The notes beneath the pieces were generated by a model. The model was not told the origin of the DNA. It was given only the letters and a program-made list of their open reading frames with translations, and ran no database searches. 12,381 nucleotides of DNA, taken from NCBI GenBank assembly GCA_964534375.1, contig CAZHPN010000175.1:1-12381 (forward strand), given 5' to 3'. The DNA is from an uncultured bacterium. Its GTDB lineage: Bacteria > Lernaellota > Lernaellaia > Lernaellales > Lernaellaceae. Numbering within the stretch: position 1 is the stretch's first letter; each line of letters begins with the position of its first letter. Positions 1 to 5,993 of the stretch are shown here, in pieces. The position numbers and the translations under genes were made by a program.

Positions 1-2
1 CG

Positions 3-455
3 TGCGTGTTCCACCAATTCTCGGTCGACAACGTGCTCGACAAATCGCTGAAAGACGCGCTCAACAGCGAGTATTTCCAGTTCATTCGCCGGCGCAATTA
101 CGAGGTCAACAACCCGCTGACGCCCTGCCCGGTGACCGACAACCCGAAGATTCTGCGCGACGCCGTGCACACGTTCCACCCGACCGTGTCGCAGGCGGGC
201 GGCCTCGAAACCGTCGACCATCTCGCCGACGGCCTCGATCGCTATTCGGCCGAGCTCCACGCGATGATGGACCCGCTGTGGGAAGAAATGCAAAAGGCCA
301 ACGGCTACGGCAACGGGAACGGCGTCATGAAAGTCGCGGCGCCGCCGCCGTCGCTTGTGCAAAAGACCAAGGCGGCCGGCGAGAAACTGAAAACCAAGGT
401 CGCGGCCATCCGCGTTCCGAAGCCGGCGCGGCGGCAAAAGGCGGCGCAGGGGTAA
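3..455 (+). CDS. C-terminal part of a probable radical SAM/SPASM-domain protein (5'-truncated by the window edge)
   Basis: The frame is open from the window edge and reads (P)CVFHQFSVDNVLDKSLKDALNSEYFQFIRRR...NPLTPCPVTDNPKILRDAV. The PC...N-(I/V)...SL...S..F...R...PCP pattern resembles SPASM/twitch C-termini of PqqE-like radical SAM proteins. TAA stop at 453-455. The CxxxCxxC motif is not in the window. Confidence 0.65.
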   Translation, partial: CVFHQFSVDNVLDKSLKDALNSEYFQFIRRRNYEVNNPLTPCPVTDNPKILRDAVHTFHPTVSQAGGLETVDHLADGLDRYSAELHAMMDPLWEEMQKANGYGNGNGVMKVAAPPPSLVQKTKAAGEKLKTKVAAIRVPKPARRQKAAQG

Positions 456-471
456 TTCGCCACGGCGCCCG

Positions 472-2829
472 TTACCGTTCGCCCACGACCCGCGACAGGG
501 CGGCGCCCAGCAGGTAGAGCAACCCGCCGACCGACAAGACCAAGGTGAAGCCGCCGGCCAGCGAAGCCGCGACGGCCGTCACCGCCGCCAACACGCTGGC
601 CGCGCCGTTGACGCCCCACGCCCAGGGGATCAGCTCGCCCTTGCGTTCATGCAAGAAGCGAATGCCGCCGGGAAACGGCGCCCCCATCGCGAGGCCGAGG
701 GGCGCAATCGTCGCGACGGTGACCGCGATCTTCAGCGAAATGTCCCATTGCAGAAGATGGTGAAAGAGCGACGGCAGGACATTGATCAACGCGCCGACGA
801 GCAGCGCGACGCCGACAAACGCCGCGGTCAGGCCGTTGCGCGCATATCGGGCGAACAGTTTTTCCGAGAGCGCGCCGCCGACGCCCGCGAACAGCAGCAG
901 CGAGAGGAGCACCACCGGCAGCGCGTACATCGGATGCCCGAGAAACAACACGTATTTTTGCAGCAACGGCATCTCGACGAACATGAAGCCCAGACCGATC
1001 ACCGCGAAATAGAGCAGCGACAACAACGAGCCGCGCGGATAACGCGCCCGCCAGGCCAACGGGCCGAAGAGAAACGCCAGCGTCAGCGCGAAGATGACAA
1101 GCGTCAGGCTGACCAGGATCGTCGCCGCCGGGTTGCCCGCCGTGCGCGCCGCACGCAACAGGTCGCGCGTTTTAGTGATGTAGAAATAGAAGGGCCGGTC
1201 GTCGCGTGAGGCGCTGATGTCATAGGGATAGTCGCGCACGAACGCGCCTTTGTCGGCGGCCTGCCAGTAGCCGGCGAAGATGGGCGCGGCGCGGCGCGGA
1301 CTGGCTAGAATCACGACCTGAAGCTGCGACGCCGCCGCGTCGATCGCGTCGAGTTCGACGTTCGTGAACGGTTCGCGCTTGATCAGGAAGTTGACTACCG
1401 CGGCGTCTTTGTCCGATGTGGTGATGGCGACGATATGCGCCAGCGGATCGGTCGCGCCCAAGGCCAGCAGGGCCTCGCGCGCGATGACCAGCAGCCGCAA
1501 CGACTGCACCGGCTGGCGCAGGTGATAGCGCGAGCAACTGAGCAGGCCGTCGGGCTTCAGCGTCCGCAGAAAATCGGTGAACGCTTCGACGGTGTACAAA
1601 TTGTTTTCCGACAGCGCGAACGCGCCGGCCGCCGTGGCCGCGAACGTGTCGGTCAGCGCCAGTTGCAAGGCGTCGAACCGCAGCGGCGTCGCGCGCAGGA
1701 AGCTGCGGCCTTCGGCCTGTACGATCTTGACGCGCGGCCGGCGGTACAGATCGCCGGCAAAATCGCGAAAATTCTTCGTCACCAACTCGATCATGATCGG
1801 GTTGTATTCGACGCCGACGATTTCGTCATAATCGAACTGCAGCGCCGTCAGCACGTCTTTGCCGCCGCCCAGGCCGATTGTGCACATCCGCCCCGTGGGC
1901 CGCAGAAAATACTGCAGCGTCGTGATGTCGCTTTTGAGAAAATCGACCTTCGTCAGGTCGCCGTCGAAATGCGTGATCACGCTCGACGCCGAGGCGTCGA
2001 TCTGCACGACCTTTTGCCCGGGGTTCGGATGGTGCACGCGCGAGAGGTTGGCGTACATCCACGGCTCGGGCTGGTTGTAATCGAACACCGCCACCCGGCT
2101 GAAACTGTTCCAGCGCTCCAACAACTTCGGCGGTTCTTTTTGCCCCTTGGTGAAGGTGACCGCGAGAAAGCCAAAGCGCGCGTTGGCCGCCAGCAACAAC
2201 GCCACGCCAAGCGCCGCCGCGCCGGCGAGCCATCGTGGCCGCGCGGCGCCGGTCGCCAGGCCGAAGGCGAACGACGACGCTGCCGCGAACAAAGCCGCGA
2301 GCAAAATGGCGTCGAGGCCGCTCAGCAGCGACAGCGAGGCAAAGGCCGCCAGGCAGCCGAACGCCGAACCGACGAGATCAAAACCGTATAGTCGGCCGAT
2401 CTGCGCCGGCCAGCGCCGGAACATCGCGGCGAGGACCAGTCCGCCGCAAAAAAACGGCGCAATCAACACGATCACAATCGCCGCCAGCACGAGCAAATCG
2501 CCGCCCTGCGCGGAAAAATGGTAGTGCGGATACAGTTTCAGGTAGAGCGCCAGCGAGGCGACGACGCTCGCCGCGAACGAAAGCCCGAAACGCGGCAACT
2601 GCGCCCGCGTTCGGTCGTCGGTGAACCGGCGCGGAAACAAGTAGACGTACAGCCCGCTGCAAGCCAGGCCGAACATCGCCAGCGAGATCGCGAGGAACGC
2701 GAAATGGTGCCAGATCGTCACCGAGAAGAGACGCAGAAAACAGATTTCCAGATCGATGATCGCCGCGGTGGCGAGAAAAATCCCGCCAAAATCGAATGCC
2801 GACGGCCGGTCGCTCGGTGAATTCAACAC
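472..2829 (-). CDS. Polytopic membrane protein with a central spermidine-synthase-like class I SAM-binding domain (fused MFS/spermidine synthase-like family)
   Basis: 785 aa: about 7 hydrophobic segments, then a soluble domain (WNSFSRV, IDASAS, TIGLGGGKD, VGVEYNP, AEGRSFL, FDALQLALTDT, ENNLYTVEAF, LKPDG, DDRPF), then about 7 more hydrophobic segments. The start is GTG at 2829 or TTG at 2826. Confidence 0.88.
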   Translation of the reverse strand: MLNSPSDRPSAFDFGGIFLATAAIIDLEICFLRLFSVTIWHHFAFLAISLAMFGLACSGLYVYLFPRRFTDDRTRAQLPRFGLSFAASVVASLALYLKLYPHYHFSAQGGDLLVLAAIVIVLIAPFFCGGLVLAAMFRRWPAQIGRLYGFDLVGSAFGCLAAFASLSLLSGLDAILLAALFAAASSFAFGLATGAARPRWLAGAAALGVALLLAANARFGFLAVTFTKGQKEPPKLLERWNSFSRVAVFDYNQPEPWMYANLSRVHHPNPGQKVVQIDASASSVITHFDGDLTKVDFLKSDITTLQYFLRPTGRMCTIGLGGGKDVLTALQFDYDEIVGVEYNPIMIELVTKNFRDFAGDLYRRPRVKIVQAEGRSFLRATPLRFDALQLALTDTFAATAAGAFALSENNLYTVEAFTDFLRTLKPDGLLSCSRYHLRQPVQSLRLLVIAREALLALGATDPLAHIVAITTSDKDAAVVNFLIKREPFTNVELDAIDAAASQLQVVILASPRRAAPIFAGYWQAADKGAFVRDYPYDISASRDDRPFYFYITKTRDLLRAARTAGNPAATILVSLTLVIFALTLAFLFGPLAWRARYPRGSLLSLLYFAVIGLGFMFVEMPLLQKYVLFLGHPMYALPVVLLSLLLFAGVGGALSEKLFARYARNGLTAAFVGVALLVGALINVLPSLFHHLLQWDISLKIAVTVATIAPLGLAMGAPFPGGIRFLHERKGELIPWAWGVNGAASVLAAVTAVAASLAGGFTLVLSVGGLLYLLGAALSRVVGER

Positions 2830-2835
2830 TTTGGG

Positions 2836-2864
2836 AGTCTGCCAGCTTCGGCTGATTTTGACAA
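2836..2864 (-). promoter_or_regulatory. Putative sigma70-type promoter for the membrane SAM-fold gene
   Basis: Minus strand reads TTGTCA (2864-2859), 17 nt, then CAGACT (2841-2836), with an extended -10 TGn. It lies downstream of the preceding gene's terminator. Confidence 0.5.
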
Positions 2865-2915
2865 GTTGAACGCTCGGCGAAGACGCGCGGCGCCGAAGAC
2901 CAGACGCGGCGATCG

Positions 2916-2949
2916 AAAAACAGCGGCGGCCCGGTGAGGAGCCGCCGCT
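2916..2949 (-). terminator. Rho-independent terminator of the Spy/CpxP-like gene
   Basis: Minus strand reads AGCGGCGGC-TCCTCACCGG-GCCGCCGCT-GTTTTT: a perfect 9-bp stem followed by a U tract, about 50 nt after the stop at 3002. Confidence 0.7.
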
Positions 2950-3001
2950 TCATGATCGTGCGACGCCCACGGCTGACGGCTGCCCGGGCGTCGGAGTTTC
3001 G

Positions 3002-3439
3002 CTATTTCGCCGGCTTGTGACCCGCGCCCGCCACGATCTGCCGTTGCTGGGGCGTGAGACTTTTGTAGAAGGCGACTTTCGCGTCGGTCAGCGCGCTGTG
3101 GGCCGGCACGACCTCACGCTCGAACAACGCTTTGGACTCCTGGCCGGCCGTGTCGAAATTCGGGGTCGGCTTCGCGCATTCGCCTTTGAAAAGCCGGTGG
3201 GTCTCGCGGTGGACTTTGCCCATCGCCTGCCAATAGGCGCGCACCGCCGATTTCACCGTGTCGAGCAGGCCTTGCTGATTCGGATTGAGGTTCAACTCTC
3301 TGGCGAGCTTGTCCCAGAAGCCGAGGTGATGCTCCATGGTGTTGCCTTCGCCGGCCTCTTGGGCGAAAACCGCCACGGCCGCGACCATAAAGGCAAAGAG
3401 AAACAAACACACCAGCGCTGTACGTGCAAAGGTCCGCAT
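3002..3439 (-). CDS. Secreted Spy/CpxP (LTXXQ-motif) family helical periplasmic protein
   Basis: ATG at 3439 with a GGAG SD at 3450-3447 gives 145 aa. It has a Sec signal (MRTFARTALVCLFLFAFMVAAVAVFA|QE) and two LTXXQ-like motifs (ELNLNPNQQ, FYKSLTPQQR). The ORF track's extension to 3865 overlaps prpE and is rejected. Confidence 0.8.
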   Translation of the reverse strand: MRTFARTALVCLFLFAFMVAAVAVFAQEAGEGNTMEHHLGFWDKLARELNLNPNQQGLLDTVKSAVRAYWQAMGKVHRETHRLFKGECAKPTPNFDTAGQESKALFEREVVPAHSALTDAKVAFYKSLTPQQRQIVAGAGHKPAK

Positions 3440-3515
3440 TGTTGTTCTCCGTTTTCTGTTTGGCGCCTGTCCCGAAGTTCGTCGCGAAATTCCGGAAAGG
3501 CAGTTAATTGTTTCG

Positions 3516-3544
3516 AAGATGCGCATCCTTTTGTTTGCCGTCAA
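3516..3544 (-). promoter_or_regulatory. Putative sigma70-type promoter for the Spy/CpxP-like gene
   Basis: Minus strand reads TTGACG (3544-3539), 17 nt, then CATCTT (3521-3516), inside the AT-enriched divergent intergenic region. Confidence 0.45.
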
Positions 3545-3676
3545 AATGCAGTTTTCCAAATGAACCGGCGCTGGCGCCGCCGACGACGGCGCCAAAACAG
3601 ACAGCCGACGTCCCGCCTTGCGCTTCGCGGCGCCCCGTTGTAATGAATTCCCTCTTGCAACCGAAGGATGGGCTTC

Positions 3677-5578
3677 ATGACGCAGAAATACGAAGACCTG
3701 CATCGTCTGTCGATCGAGCAACCCGAAATTTTCTGGGCCGCCGAGGCCGAGAAGCTGCACTGGTACAAGAAATGGGACCGCGTGCTCGACGCGAGCAAGG
3801 CGCCGTTTTTCCGCTGGTTTGTCGGCGGCGAGACGAACCTGTGCTACAACGCCGTCGATCGTCACGCGTTGGGCGCCGGCCGCAACAAGGCCGCGATCAT
3901 CTGGGAAAGCCCGGAACTGGGCCTGTCACGCGTCATCACCTTCTTCGAATTGTACCGCCTGGTGAACCGCTTCGCCGGCGCGTTGAAGAAACGCGGCATC
4001 GCCAAGGGCGACCGCGTCATCATTTATATGCCGATGATCCCCGAGGCGCTGATCGCCACGCTGGCCTGCGCGCGGATCGGCGCGATCCATTCGGTGGTTT
4101 TCGCGGGCTTCTCGGCCGAGTCGCTGGCCAATCGCATCGACGACTGCCGTCCGAAATTGGTGATCTGCGCCGAGGCCGGCCGCCGCAAGGGCAAGGCCGT
4201 GCCGCTCAAGAAAATCGTCGACGCCGGTTTGGAAATGGCGAAGGTGAAGGTCCCGCAGGTGATCGTGCTGGATCGCGGCCTCGACGCGTGGACCAAGGTC
4301 GAAGGACGGGATGTCACGTGGGCCGAGGTGCTCGAAGCGGGCGACGCGGCGATCGTCGAACCGGAGCACATGGCCTCGACCGATCCGAGTTACATCCTTT
4401 ACACCTCGGGCACCACGGGCAAGCCGAAGGGCGTGCTGCGCGACACCGGCGGCTACATGACTGCGCTGCACGCGTCGATGCATATGATCTATGGCTGCGG
4501 GCCGAGCGACGTGTATTGGTCGACCTCGGACATCGGCTGGGTGGTCGGCCACAGCTACATCATTTACGGCCCGCTGCTGGCCGGCATCCCGACGCTGGTA
4601 TTCGAAGGCACGCCGGACACGCCGAACCCGGGCATCTGGTGGGAAGTCATCGCCAAATACGGCGTCACGGTCATGTTCTCGGCCCCGACGGCGATGCGCA
4701 TCCTGCGCAAATTCCCGCCCGAATGGATGCAGAAGCACGACATCAGCTCGCTGCGCAATATTTTCCTCGCCGGCGAACCGCTCGACGAGCCGACCTATCA
4801 GTGGGCCACGCAGACGCTGGGCAAACCGATCATCGACCATTATTGGCAGACCGAAAGCGGCTGGGCGATTCTCACCAACCACGCCGGCATCGAGACCTTG
4901 CCGATCAAACCCGGCTCGCCGACCAAGCCCGCGATGGGCTGGAACATGTGCGTCGTCGACGACCGCGGCCGCGACGTGCCCGATTCGACGCGCGGCATCC
5001 TCGCCGGCCGGCCGCCGCTGCCGCCGGGCGCGCTGCTGACGATCTGGGGCGATGACGACGCCTACGTCAATACGTACTGGACCAAATTTGGCAAGGATGC
5101 GCCGATGCTCTATTGCAGCGGCGACTACGCCATCAAGGACGCCGACGGCTATTACTTCGTGCTCGGCCGCGCCGACGAGGTGATCAACGTCGCCGGCCAC
5201 CGCCTGGGCACGCGCGAAGTCGAAGAGGTGCTTTCGGACCACCCGAAGGTCGCCGAAGCCTCGGCCATCGGCATCGCCGACGAATTGAAGGGCCAGGAGA
5301 TAGCGGCGTTCGTCGTGCTCAAGCAGGGCGTGCAGGAAACCGAGGCGACGATTCGCAAGGAATTGGTGCAGCTCATTCGCGACCGCATCGGCGCGATCGC
5401 CACGCCGAAAATCCTGCGCGTCGTGGCCTCGCTGCCCAAGACGCGTTCGGGCAAGGTGATGCGCCGCGTCTTGCGCGCGCTGTGCGAAGAGAAGACGCTC
5501 GGCGATCTGTCGACGATCGAAGACGGCGCCAGCGTCGACGAGATCCGCAAGGCGATCGACGGGATGAAGGGGCAGTAA
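3677..5578 (+). CDS. prpE: Propionate--CoA ligase (acetate/propionate-CoA ligase family, ANL superfamily)
   Basis: Motifs WFVGGETNLCYNAVDRH, YTSGTTGKPKGVLRDTGGY, SDIGWVVGHSYIIYGPL, LAGEPLDEPT, DHYWQTESGW, INVAGHRLGTREVEE and LPKTRSGK. The RD.GGY, GEPLDEPT and VAGHRLGTRE forms match PrpE rather than Acs. GAAGGA at 3663-3668 favours the ATG at 3677 over the one at 3668. Confidence 0.88.
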   Translation: MTQKYEDLHRLSIEQPEIFWAAEAEKLHWYKKWDRVLDASKAPFFRWFVGGETNLCYNAVDRHALGAGRNKAAIIWESPELGLSRVITFFELYRLVNRFAGALKKRGIAKGDRVIIYMPMIPEALIATLACARIGAIHSVVFAGFSAESLANRIDDCRPKLVICAEAGRRKGKAVPLKKIVDAGLEMAKVKVPQVIVLDRGLDAWTKVEGRDVTWAEVLEAGDAAIVEPEHMASTDPSYILYTSGTTGKPKGVLRDTGGYMTALHASMHMIYGCGPSDVYWSTSDIGWVVGHSYIIYGPLLAGIPTLVFEGTPDTPNPGIWWEVIAKYGVTVMFSAPTAMRILRKFPPEWMQKHDISSLRNIFLAGEPLDEPTYQWATQTLGKPIIDHYWQTESGWAILTNHAGIETLPIKPGSPTKPAMGWNMCVVDDRGRDVPDSTRGILAGRPPLPPGALLTIWGDDDAYVNTYWTKFGKDAPMLYCSGDYAIKDADGYYFVLGRADEVINVAGHRLGTREVEEVLSDHPKVAEASAIGIADELKGQEIAAFVVLKQGVQETEATIRKELVQLIRDRIGAIATPKILRVVASLPKTRSGKVMRRVLRALCEEKTLGDLSTIEDGASVDEIRKAIDGMKGQ

Positions 5579-5858
5579 CAGGGAGCTACCCTGGGTTGTC
5601 GGATCCCGCGGAACGGATCGCGCGCAATGTGACGGTCCATTCGGAACCGGATCGCGCATTCGCGAGAGACCGGGGCGGGACGGCGCTTTCTCCATCGCGT
5701 TCGACGGCCGGAACTGCACCGTCCTTAGCCAGGAACCGACGATCATGACGATTCCGGGCGACGCCGCTCGGCATTCTCGCGGCAAGGCCGATCTTCCCGT
5801 TTTTATTGATGTTGGGGAAGCAGGCTAGGCCGCGCCGGAATATCACACCTCGCGCCGC

Positions 5859-5888
5859 GGCGCGCCGCGCCGGTTGACGCGGCGCGCC
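5859..5888. repeat. Perfect 11-bp GC inverted repeat upstream of the kinase
   Basis: GGCGCGCCGCG (5859-5869), an 8-nt loop, then CGCGGCGCGCC (5878-5888). There is no U tract on the + strand. Confidence 0.6.
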
Positions 5889-5993
5889 AAGCCAATTTGA
5901 CGCCGTGACCCGATATGTGAGATCGTTCATCAGATTGGGTATCCGCCCGCGGATTCTTCAACAAGCGCAGTATGTTGCGCAAGGAGTGTTCGA

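Noticed and set aside
3618..3646. TTGCGC-N17-TAATGA as the prpE promoter
   Set aside because: The -10 lacks the conserved final T, and the alternative TGTAAT gives 15-nt spacing. Not supportable.
3440..3865. N-terminal extension of the Spy-like ORF in the ORF track
   Set aside because: It overlaps prpE antisense and the promoter region. The SD and signal peptide define the start at 3439.
3508..5055. 515-aa alternative-frame ORF over prpE
   Set aside because: Arg/Gly/Pro-rich translation typical of off-frame GC-rich DNA.
5579..5593. Hairpin CAGGG-AGCTA-CCCTG after the prpE stop
   Set aside because: Only a 5-bp stem with no U tract; too weak to call a terminator.
3926..5785. 619-aa antisense ORF over prpE
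   Set aside because: In-register antisense shadow of a well-supported gene, with no domain features.
5586..5930. 114-aa minus-strand ORF in the prpE-kinase intergenic region
   Set aside because: No clear SD, atypical composition and no motif. A small gene cannot be formally excluded.
5579..5993. Possible c-di-GMP or other riboswitch upstream of the kinase
   Set aside because: I could not find a GEMM-type tetraloop/receptor architecture or another known aptamer by eye. An Infernal/Rfam scan would be decisive.
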